Assembly: GCA_964457455.1 (NCBI GenBank)
Contig: CAYWJN010000001.1
Span: forward strand, 5,648-69,647
DNA: 64,000 nucleotides
Source of the DNA: an uncultured Candidatus Cloacimonadota bacterium
Lineage (GTDB): Bacteria; Cloacimonadota; Cloacimonadia; Cloacimonadales; TCS61
Direction of reading: 5' to 3'
Positions 54,064-63,921 of this stretch are shown piece after piece. The notes beneath the pieces are model-generated. The model saw nothing but the letters and a program-made list of their open reading frames with translations. It was not told where the DNA came from and searched no databases. Made by a program: the position numbers and the translations under genes. Numbering within the stretch: the stretch's first letter is position 1; the number at the start of each line of letters is the position of its first letter.

Positions 54064-56915
54064 ATATTTTTACTGATTTTGCTAATCTAATAATGCAGAG
54101 AAGACGCGTATTGGAGTATCTGCAATTACAGATGGTGAAGAATATTCAGCAAAGATATGACTCCATGTTTACATCTGGAGGGGTGTTGTCATTTGGTGTA
54201 ATCGCTGGGATAAAAAGCGACGGGCGATTAACAGATAATGATTATTTTACTGTTACCAAACTAAACACAACGACAGTTCGAGTACAACCGGGCTATGCCA
54301 TGGGATCAGACGGTGAAATAATATATTTGTCTGCATTAACAAATGTCTCAATTCCAGATGTAGAGGGACATTATTATCTTTACGTTGAATATGATGAGGA
54401 AAAATCTCTCACCGGATATGAGAATGCATTCCCCGGCGGGACAATGACCCCGGATACGATTTATCCCCTATTAAATGATTCTGCTCAACTAACCGTTGGA
54501 ACAGTGGATGCAGCAAGAGATACTAGTAAAGTAGCAATCGCATATATTTATGTCAACAGTAGTGGAGAAATAGCATCTAATTCAAGTACTATTACAAGTG
54601 GCGAAACAACAGTAGATGACGATAGCGGAGATTTATCATTATCTGGGGCATTGGCAAACTACGATTCTAATACTCCGTATTTGCTAGTAGGAAATGAATA
54701 TATTGAGGTCAGCGAAAGCGGAGGTGTCTATACTATCGTATCCCGTGGAGGTTATAACACCGTTCCCGATCATCACCATTTTGAGAATGTTGCCAGCACG
54801 GTAGTTTGGTCTCCGATTATTGATATCAGACATTACAATAAAGCAACAATCAATACAGGAGAAATATCTCAATTAATACAACTTCATAGGGGGATAGTAA
54901 ATATTGACGAACTGGGAGTCAACTATTTATTTTATCATACAGATCGCCTTACGGCAAATCAAGCAAGAAGACTTTATACTCTATCGAATAATCTTGTGAT
55001 CAATCTGGATGATGGAGAAGGGGATAAAATGGTGTTGGCAGAAAAAATACCATCAATGCCTAATGCCATAAACACGAATACTATAACGGTTGAGATAACT
55101 CCGGACGATTATGATATCGCCGATAAGGTTTATGAAGATATCAAATTAAGAGAAATATCTATATCTAATAGATCGAGATACCAGGGAAAATCAAGCACAA
55201 TTCAAGAAATTATTAATAAAGTAAATAAATTACAACTATGGTCAGAGAAGGTTACAAATGGTGATTTTTCTGCTGATGTTAATTGGACAAAAGGCACAGG
55301 GTGGACAATCTCTGGGGGCAATGCCTCACATTCCGGTGGAGATGGAGATCTTGAACAAGACATATTGGTAGCATCATCAACTAAATATAGGTTAACCTTT
55401 AACGTCAGCGGATATACTGGGGGAACGCTGACTCCAGAAATAGGTGGCACCGAAGGTTCTGTAATAACGGCTAATGGAACTTATGAGCAGGATATAACTA
55501 CAGTGGGAACAGGTAACCTGAAATTTAAGGCGACGGACAGTTTAGGATGTAACATAGATGATGTTAATGTAAAAAAATATAATGATCTAACATCTAGGAT
55601 AGACGACGCTGAAACCTCGGGAGCAATTAGTTCGAGCGAGGCAGACAACTTGTTATCTTATATATTGGGGGAAGAAAGTGATTTTATAGATGATGCTAAT
55701 GATTATAAAGATATATTCGATGATCAAGTGGCAACCGAGAGTGAAGTAATAGAGGGGCTTGAAGACTCTATTTACGAAGAATCCGAAAAAATTAATGAGG
55801 GGACTCCTTTTGTCACGGGGAAAATGGATATACACTGGGATGAACCGGCCTTGATTGATAATGAAAAGATAATAGGATATAGAGTTAAATCCTACGCCGT
55901 GGTAAAAACATTCAGCGAAACACAAGAATCTCTGATTACATTAGGGGCAACAGATCCATACAATTTTGAGGATAAGATAGCGGAAGACCAAATATTGCAG
56001 AAACTTGATGAAAAACACACTGATTATAAAAGAAAGACAGTTATTGATGATCCGGGCCACCCTTTAGGTAAAAGCTATACATGGAACACGGTTGTAAATG
56101 AAAGAAATATCCAATACAAAGTAAGTGCCGAAATGAGATTTGTTATCTATATTGCCAGTATCTCGGAATATGGGGTAGTCGGAGACTGGTGTAATCCGTA
56201 CGTAATAAACATACCGGCCGTTATTGTGCAGCCGGATCCGGAAATAATCTTTTCTGATTGGGTCGATGAGAGAGCGACCTTAAGAAGAATGAGAAAAGGT
56301 ATTGAAGATGCGAAGATTAAAAGACAAACAGAAGATGATATTACTCAGATAAGAAATGACGTAAATGGTAAGGCGGGCATAAGTGAAGTTGAAAGGATTG
56401 TCGCCAGCGAAATACAGCAGACACAAGATATGGTTACCGACATATTTGGGGATGTTCCTGACGAGTGTTTAATCTCGGGGCCAACGCTTATTAATAATAA
56501 TAATGAATTCACAATAACTTTCAATGCAATATCTGTTGTTGGTAATTACCAAATAGAGTATATGTGGTTTCGCCCAGATACGATATTGGATGATCCCGTT
56601 GACTGGGACAACCCTCAAGAAGATATTCAAACTCTCATGTCAACACAGAATACCCTTAGGGGCATAAATCTACCTGTGGGAGATAGTAAATATGATAGCG
56701 ATGGTATAACAAAACTTGTTTATAGAGGGCGATTTGGCAATACGACTAAGAATACAAATTGGTCTGATACAAAGAATTATACCATACATGCTCCGGACAA
56801 TCCAACCTTGGCAGAACTTAAGGCTGCCATTGTAGAGGATGAGGATTTTGCTGACCTTGTTGGAAGGACAATGAAAGTTAGCAAAACCTTTGTGGATGCA
56901 GAAGAAAGTGAATAA
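54060..56915 (+). CDS. tail fibre protein with carbohydrate-binding-module-like jelly roll
   Basis: Track ORF is 54033-56915 with a TTG start. GTG 54060 overlaps the stop (GTGA). VTNGDFSADVNWTKGTGWTISGG...YRLTFNVSGYTGGTL resembles a CBM4/9-type module. Confidence 0.5.
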   Translation: MNIFTDFANLIMQRRRVLEYLQLQMVKNIQQRYDSMFTSGGVLSFGVIAGIKSDGRLTDNDYFTVTKLNTTTVRVQPGYAMGSDGEIIYLSALTNVSIPDVEGHYYLYVEYDEEKSLTGYENAFPGGTMTPDTIYPLLNDSAQLTVGTVDAARDTSKVAIAYIYVNSSGEIASNSSTITSGETTVDDDSGDLSLSGALANYDSNTPYLLVGNEYIEVSESGGVYTIVSRGGYNTVPDHHHFENVASTVVWSPIIDIRHYNKATINTGEISQLIQLHRGIVNIDELGVNYLFYHTDRLTANQARRLYTLSNNLVINLDDGEGDKMVLAEKIPSMPNAINTNTITVEITPDDYDIADKVYEDIKLREISISNRSRYQGKSSTIQEIINKVNKLQLWSEKVTNGDFSADVNWTKGTGWTISGGNASHSGGDGDLEQDILVASSTKYRLTFNVSGYTGGTLTPEIGGTEGSVITANGTYEQDITTVGTGNLKFKATDSLGCNIDDVNVKKYNDLTSRIDDAETSGAISSSEADNLLSYILGEESDFIDDANDYKDIFDDQVATESEVIEGLEDSIYEESEKINEGTPFVTGKMDIHWDEPALIDNEKIIGYRVKSYAVVKTFSETQESLITLGATDPYNFEDKIAEDQILQKLDEKHTDYKRKTVIDDPGHPLGKSYTWNTVVNERNIQYKVSAEMRFVIYIASISEYGVVGDWCNPYVINIPAVIVQPDPEIIFSDWVDERATLRRMRKGIEDAKIKRQTEDDITQIRNDVNGKAGISEVERIVASEIQQTQDMVTDIFGDVPDECLISGPTLINNNNEFTITFNAISVVGNYQIEYMWFRPDTILDDPVDWDNPQEDIQTLMSTQNTLRGINLPVGDSKYDSDGITKLVYRGRFGNTTKNTNWSDTKNYTIHAPDNPTLAELKAAIVEDEDFADLVGRTMKVSKTFVDAEESE

Positions 56916-57495
56916 AGACGAATTTCTGGATATATTTCTTAAAGATTATCTTAAAAAACGAAATAAAGAGATAGTTAATATTGAAGAAGGTGGATCATTA
57001 TCTAAATTTGATATTGTTGGACACGGGGGTAACCTAAGAAGAGTAGAGGATGTTAGGTCAAAAGGAATTGGAGTTTATTATGCCAGCGCTAAATGTTTTG
57101 GTGATAAATGTGATTGGATAGTAATCACAATTAATGCGGGTATGATCGCAGATGATCGAGAAAATTCAAACTTTGTTCTCGGATTAGTTTCTACAGGGGC
57201 CTATTACAGTTTTGGAACGACTGAAAATGATGAAGTTTGCGGACAGTTTGAATATAAAAGTGCCGGATTCAGTAGTCAATTTAATAGCGATCAGTTTGCC
57301 ACTTCATCTGACATGCTACACGTTTCGGCATTGGCTCTAAAAAGTGCTATAATGTCAGCATTTGGGATTAGAATGAAAAATATTGTTGTTTGTGTTGCTA
57401 ATAAGGTGTATTGTAAAGCATCATATTTTGATAGATTAATTAAGTATGGTGGTTTTAGCGATCAATTCAGCGATCAATTTTACAAAGGAGAATAA
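56896..57495 (+). CDS. hypothetical fibre-associated protein
   Basis: Track ORF is 56890-57495 with a TTG start, and ATG 56896 is in frame. The C-terminus has the tandem FSDQFSDQF. Confidence 0.5.
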   Translation: MQKKVNKDEFLDIFLKDYLKKRNKEIVNIEEGGSLSKFDIVGHGGNLRRVEDVRSKGIGVYYASAKCFGDKCDWIVITINAGMIADDRENSNFVLGLVSTGAYYSFGTTENDEVCGQFEYKSAGFSSQFNSDQFATSSDMLHVSALALKSAIMSAFGIRMKNIVVCVANKVYCKASYFDRLIKYGGFSDQFSDQFYKGE

Positions 57496-57500
57496 TAATC

Positions 57501-58544
57501 ATGGCTGATACAAAAAGAACGCTTGCTGCGTTAAAATTACTTTTTCCTGACGCAGGGGAAGATGCAACCTGCCAAGATGTGCGAGATATTCTGGAATCAA
57601 TGTATATTCAAACACTTTCGGATAATATCGAAGACCCGTCTACACAATTAAATGCCATTGCCGGTGTTTCAAGCGGAACAACGTTTGTTATTATCGAAGA
57701 TTCTTCCGATTCAAAAAGAAATACTCTTTATCTCTGGAAAAATATTTCCATCACGGAAGATCCTCCGTATGTTGTAGATGGAAGTTCGGGGCAATGGTAT
57801 GCGATAGCAGGAACTTATGTTTACAAACAGGCAGCAGGAGCAGGAGTCTGGAAAGATTGTCCGATAGAAGTATTTGTCAATGGAGTTGTTGTTGAAGATG
57901 AGTTTACATTTCTCGATACACAAAAATGGGATTCTCTCGACGATGGTGCAACCGGCACTAATACACTTTCGGAAGCTACAAATGATGAAAATGGTGTTGC
58001 ATTTATAAAAACAGACGCAGAGGATAATGATTATCATTACATGGTGTCAAAAGCGAAATTTGCTAAATTGAAGGAGAATAAACCTATTTTCATTGAATTC
58101 CGAAAAAGGCTTGAAGAAACAAATATAGATGCTGCTAATTGGATTGTTGGATTAACAAGTAATATTGCTGCTGATAACCTACAAAATGATGGAGGTGGAT
58201 TAACTACTGGATCATTCTCCAGAATGATATTTTTCAAAACAGATGGTGATATGAAAATTAAATTCGGAACTTGTATTGGATTGACGGTGACAAATCAAGA
58301 AATCAGTAATGTCGTTGACCCTTTTGTTAGCAATACTTGGTATAAACTTGGGATTAAAATTGAAATTACTTCGACAAATAATTATAAGTTTACTCCTTAT
58401 GTAAATGGAGTTGCCGGAACTCCACACACTCTAAATACCGCAAGTGCTATCGTTGTTATGGGAATAATGTATGGTGTTAAAGCCGGTGGAGCAAATGCAG
58501 AATCATTAAAAATCGATAAACTATTATTCGGACAGGAAAGATAA
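57501..58544 (+). CDS. tail fibre-like protein
   Basis: The N-terminus TLAALKLLFPDAGEDATCQDVRDILESM resembles a conserved fibre N-terminal motif that I recall from other phages. Confidence 0.45.
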   Translation: MADTKRTLAALKLLFPDAGEDATCQDVRDILESMYIQTLSDNIEDPSTQLNAIAGVSSGTTFVIIEDSSDSKRNTLYLWKNISITEDPPYVVDGSSGQWYAIAGTYVYKQAAGAGVWKDCPIEVFVNGVVVEDEFTFLDTQKWDSLDDGATGTNTLSEATNDENGVAFIKTDAEDNDYHYMVSKAKFAKLKENKPIFIEFRKRLEETNIDAANWIVGLTSNIAADNLQNDGGGLTTGSFSRMIFFKTDGDMKIKFGTCIGLTVTNQEISNVVDPFVSNTWYKLGIKIEITSTNNYKFTPYVNGVAGTPHTLNTASAIVVMGIMYGVKAGGANAESLKIDKLLFGQER

Positions 58545-60569
58545 TTGTTACAATTAGAGATTTTACAAAAACACACCTACGCTGGATTGCACAGGATAGA
58601 TCGCCTTCATGCTTTCTTTTACAATGAAGGTTATTTATGGGTTTTAGAGCAATATCCGACTCAAAGCGTTTTCAAAATTAACATAAATGATCTAAATGAT
58701 TTTGAAAAAGTTGACTTTGGTGCTGGAGAAAAGATCAAAGGTTGGTCTTTCGATCTCGCAAAAGATTATATCTGGTGCTGCCATCCCGATAAAGTAAGAA
58801 TTTACAGGGTAGATATTACTGATTTATCGGTAACGATTTTTGAACATTCTACCGAGTCAGAAACAGTTTATAATCCGGAATGCATAAGAACTGTCGGAGA
58901 CTATTTGTATATTTTCGGCAGGTATTCAACCGGTAAAGGTGGAATTTGTAAAGTTAATATTACCAATCCAGATAGTATCTCTGACGATGATTATACTTTT
59001 GCGGAATACCCTGATATTGCAGATGCTATTCATGGTGTTGGTATTAGTGGAGATTATTTCTTTATAACTATCTCGGCTATGAATAAAGTTTGGAAAATAC
59101 ATAAAGATACATTGGTTCTCGACTCCTATAAAAATTTTTATAGTTTTTATGTTTTTCACGATGAACATGCCTCTTATGGTAGTAAATTATTTTTTGGAAC
59201 AGGTCTCGGAGAGATGGTTGAACCGTTAGATTTATATACACACAGAAGATATTGTACTATGTTTGCTGATACAATGAACTTTTACACCTATATAGAAGAA
59301 TGGGGAGACAAATATAATGAAGTATATGGTTCATTTTACTACAATGGGTTGATTTTTTATTGTTTTTCTGGACGACCTGGGTATGGGGATATTCCCAACG
59401 GTTTTCTCGTTATTAAAAATACCGAAATGGAAACTTTGGTCAAAGAGAATTTCGGTGTCGATTTTCTGGCAGCAAATGGAATTGCATATAAAGACAGCAA
59501 TAATATCTGGATATCTTTTTATGGGAATCAGAATATCCCTGATTCTTTAAAGCTAATCAAATTCCGTCTATACGATGATGAAAACACTTTCTCTATTAAT
59601 GACGGAGCAGAATTCACGGTTGATCAGGAAGTAACACTTAACAATTTCATTAAAAAAAGCGGACAAACTCATTACATGGCTTCGGAATCAGCAGATTTTA
59701 CCGGAGCTTTATGGAAAACATATTCGACTGCTCCATCTTTCAAACTTTCCCACGATCACGGAACGAAAACTATTTATTTTAAAACGAAAAATGCGAATGG
59801 ATTTGAATCGCCAATACAGACAGCAAGCATTCGATATGCTGACATCAGACCAAGGGACTTTAATTCCTCTCATCTTGCGATTAATAAAACCGATGATGAG
59901 AATACCAGAATAATGTGTGTCAGGGCTGCGAATATGAATGGGCTGTGTGGAGACGGAGAGATAGATGGCGAGAGTAATTGGATACAAAGCAATGATCAAC
60001 CTGGCGCAAAAAAGCCCATATCTGGAGGAGGATGTTCGGAGGGAATAAATGGAGCAATATGCGCCGTATGTGCCAATGCTTGCCCTTTTGATTATATTTA
60101 TTGTAGAATAACGCGGACAAAAAGGATATTAAGTGATATGCCCAGTGCCATTAAAAACAGGTATGCAGATATAATTGCCGGAATAGATAATGAAGAAAAA
60201 AGGAAGGAACTGATGTCACAACTTATTCAAGTAACTGATGATAATGGAGGATCAGGATTTGATAAATCGGTTGATTATCATATAGATATAGGCTGTTCAA
60301 AAATAGCGATTGACGAAATGTTATTTAAAACGGTTTCTACTGATTGGAGTTTGTGGATACTACAAAATGATAATGGTTATGCATCCGATGATGCCAATGT
60401 AAAAAAACGATTAATAGTATCTCATCATAGTGGGGATAAACATGAAACTGCTATGGGGATAATATACAGGGATGAGGATGTTTCAAATGAGTTACATTTC
60501 TATTATCTGGATCATGACGGGTCGAATAAATTAACAGAAATAATGATCAGTGGGGTTAAAAGGTACTAA
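58545..60569 (+). CDS. second beta-propeller-like receptor-binding protein
   Basis: TTG start after AGGAAAG. Blade-like units include EGYLWVLEQ..VFKININDL, DYIWCCHPDKVRIYRVDITDL, GDYLYIFG..ICKVNITNP and GDYFFITIS..VWKIHKDTL. Confidence 0.5.
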   Translation: MLQLEILQKHTYAGLHRIDRLHAFFYNEGYLWVLEQYPTQSVFKININDLNDFEKVDFGAGEKIKGWSFDLAKDYIWCCHPDKVRIYRVDITDLSVTIFEHSTESETVYNPECIRTVGDYLYIFGRYSTGKGGICKVNITNPDSISDDDYTFAEYPDIADAIHGVGISGDYFFITISAMNKVWKIHKDTLVLDSYKNFYSFYVFHDEHASYGSKLFFGTGLGEMVEPLDLYTHRRYCTMFADTMNFYTYIEEWGDKYNEVYGSFYYNGLIFYCFSGRPGYGDIPNGFLVIKNTEMETLVKENFGVDFLAANGIAYKDSNNIWISFYGNQNIPDSLKLIKFRLYDDENTFSINDGAEFTVDQEVTLNNFIKKSGQTHYMASESADFTGALWKTYSTAPSFKLSHDHGTKTIYFKTKNANGFESPIQTASIRYADIRPRDFNSSHLAINKTDDENTRIMCVRAANMNGLCGDGEIDGESNWIQSNDQPGAKKPISGGGCSEGINGAICAVCANACPFDYIYCRITRTKRILSDMPSAIKNRYADIIAGIDNEEKRKELMSQLIQVTDDNGGSGFDKSVDYHIDIGCSKIAIDEMLFKTVSTDWSLWILQNDNGYASDDANVKKRLIVSHHSGDKHETAMGIIYRDEDVSNELHFYYLDHDGSNKLTEIMISGVKRY

Positions 60570-62027
60570 ATGGCTGTGACAGTAAGTTTGAGCAATACAA
60601 AAATCGATGTAACATCGACGGGTGGAGTCCAAGAGCCTCTGGAATTAATATATCAAGCGGTTATTGCCATCGATGCTACGAGGATGACACGATCAGGGTC
60701 AGGTATCGAGGGAGAACCTTATATATATACAATTCCTCCTAAGTCTGGGCAAGTTTATTGTGAATTTGAGATATCCTCAGGATGTAAAGTTTTGTTCCAA
60801 AATTCGGGGTCCAATTATTCAAAACTTCAGTGGACATGGGGATCAACATCAGGGATTTATACAGTTTTTGACATGGCAACAGGGAGTGAGATAGAAGTTG
60901 AAGCAGGATTTGAGTTTGATTTTGATACAGCAGGAACACATAGAGGTTATGCTTACTGGTGGGGCAAGTCTACGTTATCAGGGTCAAGTGGCAATGAGAT
61001 TATCTTGAAGCATATGCGAAGCAACTATTTTTATCCTAGAGACGACTTTGACTGGGATTATGTAAAGATACAAGATGTATCCTATAGCACAGGGTATATG
61101 GTTTATATGGGTTATGATTATCATACCGATAAATTGCCAACATGCTCTTTTGATAATATAACTGTTGAGAATACAAACGCTAATTATTGGGGCAGGATAT
61201 ATTTGGGACATAATGCAACAGTACCTTTAGATAACAGGACTTTTAACAACTGGCATGTGGAGCATTTGGATCATCCACTTTATAATATTTCAGGTAATGT
61301 AAAAATAAGCAATTCGACCTTTAAGGATTGTAAAGGTCCAATTGTCTGTTATTCGAGTGGTAACGGGATAGGTTTACCGTTCAATACATCTAAGACTCAG
61401 TTAGTTAATAATAAAACTTTTCAGCCGATGACGGTTTTTGATAATTGTGTAATTGACGACATAGACCATGCTGGAATATCGGGCAATGGTGTTTATGGAT
61501 TGTATTGTTTTTATGGTGGCAGGGTTCTTTGGAAAGACGGAGAGATTAAAAATCAGGATTACGGAGCAAGAGTTTCTCAAGGGGGTTTAGTTTTTTGGCA
61601 GGGAACGACGACTTTTACGAATATAGATACTGCTAACAAGATGTGGACTTATAATGGAACACATCTTCATGTGTTCTCTTTAGGTTTAACTGTTAATGAT
61701 ATAAATGGAAGTCCTATAGAAAATGCGGCTGTAAGTATTATTCAGCAGTCGGTAGCATCAAAAGAATGGCATGCAGGATTGACAAATAGCAATGGACAAT
61801 TAAAGAATGTTTGGGGAGATAATCCTGTCTTTGTCGAAAAAGAAGAGACCTCGGAAGATATTTTTGAACAATGGTCGGATTCTATTGATAATAGTAGGTA
61901 TCATCAAATAAGTGTGTCTAAAAGTGGATATCGGATAGAAACAAGAAATATTGAATTTACGGACGATATAACAATGGAGATAGTGCTGAAATCACAATAT
62001 TCGGGTAAAGAATTGAGCACTATATAA
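60570..62027 (+). CDS. tail spike-like protein (possible beta-helix plus C-terminal beta-sandwich)
   Basis: 485 aa with N/G/T-rich repetitive beta segments. The C-terminus LTVNDINGSPIENAAVSIIQ resembles a carboxypeptidase-regulatory-like fold. Confidence 0.35.
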   Translation: MAVTVSLSNTKIDVTSTGGVQEPLELIYQAVIAIDATRMTRSGSGIEGEPYIYTIPPKSGQVYCEFEISSGCKVLFQNSGSNYSKLQWTWGSTSGIYTVFDMATGSEIEVEAGFEFDFDTAGTHRGYAYWWGKSTLSGSSGNEIILKHMRSNYFYPRDDFDWDYVKIQDVSYSTGYMVYMGYDYHTDKLPTCSFDNITVENTNANYWGRIYLGHNATVPLDNRTFNNWHVEHLDHPLYNISGNVKISNSTFKDCKGPIVCYSSGNGIGLPFNTSKTQLVNNKTFQPMTVFDNCVIDDIDHAGISGNGVYGLYCFYGGRVLWKDGEIKNQDYGARVSQGGLVFWQGTTTFTNIDTANKMWTYNGTHLHVFSLGLTVNDINGSPIENAAVSIIQQSVASKEWHAGLTNSNGQLKNVWGDNPVFVEKEETSEDIFEQWSDSIDNSRYHQISVSKSGYRIETRNIEFTDDITMEIVLKSQYSGKELSTI

Positions 62028-62075
62028 TAATAAAGCCAAGAAGAATGAAGGCGAAGTTATCGGGGGTGAATATAA

Positions 62076-62819
62076 ATGAATAACAGTAGAGAATCAACAG
62101 CAAAACAATTAGCAGATATAAATGCTGATATTATAAGAGAATTACAAGAAAGAATAGCCAAAGAACGCGGGCAATTCGAGCAAATAATGGACTGTGTATC
62201 GCATCCATCATATATCGCGAGTATACAGTCCGACAAAATATTATTTGAAAATGCTTCTTTGAAAAAATTGATGAAAAAAAGTGTGCTTGGGGAAAAATGT
62301 TGTAAAGCATTACAAGGGCTTGATTATAAATACACATTCCGCAATACTGAGACAGTACAGCTAAATATCCTCCCTGCATTGGAGAAAAAAAATCTAACGA
62401 ATAATAGGTGGTACAGATATCATGCTACTTTAATCGATTGGCATGGAGAGAGGGCAAAATTTGTTTTAGCCATCGATATTCATGAAAAGAAGCATACAGA
62501 AGCACTGTTGAGGGCAATTGTAGGTTACTCGCCATATGGAATTGCCGTAACATATCCAGATGGTGGAATATATATGATCAACGATAGGTTCGCGAAGAAA
62601 TTTGGCTATACAAAAGAGAAAATGTTAAATATGAATACGCGTCAATTTTATCTTTATCCAGAACAAGGGAGGGTTTACCTTGAACAGCATAAAAATGACA
62701 CCTTTCAATATACAACTGACTATGTTGATAAAGAAGGTAAACAAATAACCCTCACTCTTGAAAGTAGACGCGTTGAAAATGGAGACCTTAAGTTTATAAA
62801 CTATATAGTAAATGAATAG
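62076..62819 (+). CDS. tandem PAS-domain protein without output domain
   Basis: The second half, LLRAIVGYSPYGIAVTYPDGGIYMINDRFAKKFGYTKEKMLNMNTRQFY, is a typical PAS N-terminal pattern. The first half, FEQIMDCVSHPSYIASIQSDKILFENASLKKLM, is similar. Confidence 0.55.
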   Translation: MNNSRESTAKQLADINADIIRELQERIAKERGQFEQIMDCVSHPSYIASIQSDKILFENASLKKLMKKSVLGEKCCKALQGLDYKYTFRNTETVQLNILPALEKKNLTNNRWYRYHATLIDWHGERAKFVLAIDIHEKKHTEALLRAIVGYSPYGIAVTYPDGGIYMINDRFAKKFGYTKEKMLNMNTRQFYLYPEQGRVYLEQHKNDTFQYTTDYVDKEGKQITLTLESRRVENGDLKFINYIVNE

Positions 62820-62836
62820 AGATAAGGAAAACACAT

Positions 62837-63238
62837 ATGAACCAGGATGAACGAAGGTTAATATTATTAGAGTGTTTAAAAAAAACGAAAACGGAACTTG
62901 ATACTGACAAAAAAGAGATTATGGGTTTATTAATGAAGATAATGGGGTCTCAGGATAAGTCTGCACAATGGAGGATAGATACAGGAAAGATCGTTGATAG
63001 TAATCTTTTGCGGATTGGGACAATAGAAAAAGAATATGTGCCACGGGACAAAATCGAAAGTATGATAAGCAAATTCAAAGAACCTCTAAGCGAGGATAAA
63101 ATAGAAACAATGATAAATGATAAATTTGACCAGAAAGATAAATCAGAAAGCAGGAAAGAATATAATACAATAGCCAAAATAGCGATTATTATATCAGCAT
63201 TAACTTTCGTGGTAATGATTATAACTCTTATATTATGA
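62837..63238 (+). CDS. tail-anchored membrane protein
   Basis: C-terminal TM segment IAKIAIIISALTFVVMIITLIL. Contains copy 2 of the 26-nt repeat. Confidence 0.55.
   Translation: MNQDERRLILLECLKKTKTELDTDKKEIMGLLMKIMGSQDKSAQWRIDTGKIVDSNLLRIGTIEKEYVPRDKIESMISKFKEPLSEDKIETMINDKFDQKDKSESRKEYNTIAKIAIIISALTFVVMIITLIL
62943..62968 (+). repeat. 26-nt exact direct repeat, copy 2
   Basis: Identical to 40463-40488. Confidence 0.9.
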
Positions 63239-63287
63239 CGAAAATGCCATAAATCTGTTATATAATAAATAGAGTCATGTATAGCAA

Positions 63288-63327
63288 ACCGCCCACAAAA
63301 AAAGCGATAGCAGTGGGCGGTTTTTTT
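63288..63327 (+). terminator. rho-independent terminator
   Basis: 9-bp GC-rich stem ACCGCCCAC (63288-63296) / GTGGGCGGT (63313-63321) with a 16-nt loop. A T7 run lies at 63321-63327. Confidence 0.8.
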
Positions 63328-63350
63328 AGACTCTAAAAACAGGAGGAAAA

Positions 63351-63665
63351 ATGTTTGTCACATTCTTATGGATTGGTTTAGTACAAAGTTTAAGAGGTAT
63401 GTGGATCGCTATGAAAAAACTGGAAGTACCCATCTTTTTGGACATTCTAATTAGAAGTCCCTGGTTTGCCATCCCTGTCGTAACCATATGGATAGTGATG
63501 GGGTGGTTGAGTGCGTTGATACTGTTTGTAGCAGGGTTCGTATGGAATGTTCTGCGTGAGTATTATTACTTGACTCATACAAAGAAAGGGCAGGAATATC
63601 TTAAAAAATGTTATCGGTATAAAATAATTGAATTACCATCTCTCGACAATGTTGTGACACAATAA
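63351..63665 (+). CDS. small membrane protein (holin-like size and topology)
   Basis: 104 aa with 2-3 hydrophobic segments. CAGGAGG SD upstream. It is the first gene after the terminator. Confidence 0.5.
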   Translation: MFVTFLWIGLVQSLRGMWIAMKKLEVPIFLDILIRSPWFAIPVVTIWIVMGWLSALILFVAGFVWNVLREYYYLTHTKKGQEYLKKCYRYKIIELPSLDNVVTQ

Positions 63666-63681
63666 TTTAAAAGGAGGAAGA

Positions 63682-63921
63682 ATGAGTAAGAAGGGTTATA
63701 TCTTCATTGTCATAGCTATATTGGTGGCCATGGCTTTGATCGCAACTGTAGAAACGGGGTTCATGGATGTTGTTGTGTTGAATCCAGATTCTGCAGAACT
63801 CGAAGAGGCATTCGTTCTTTACGAAGGTAAAACCGGAAAGGATCGTAATGACATGTCTTACTATGATATCGCAAACTATGTTTCAATGATAAGGGAATTC
63901 CAAACAAAGGAGGAAAAATGA
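63682..63921 (+). CDS. small N-terminally anchored protein
   Basis: Hydrophobic N-terminus YIFIVIAILVAMALIATV. AAAGGAGG SD upstream. Confidence 0.55.
   Translation: MSKKGYIFIVIAILVAMALIATVETGFMDVVVLNPDSAELEEAFVLYEGKTGKDRNDMSYYDIANYVSMIREFQTKEEK

Noticed and set aside
31336-62968. The exact repeats as diversity-generating retroelement TR/VR pairs or as a CRISPR array
   Set aside because: The repeats are only 26-30 nt, perfectly identical with no adenine-specific differences, and occur in two copies each with no regular spacing. No reverse transcriptase or cas gene is present in the window.
20-63177. About 90 minus-strand ORFs of 60-150 aa in the supplied track
   Set aside because: Nearly all lie antisense within long + strand ORFs, have low-complexity or hydrophobic translations typical of AT-rich antisense frames, and lack SD sites. 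I treat them as shadow ORFs, and none is annotated.
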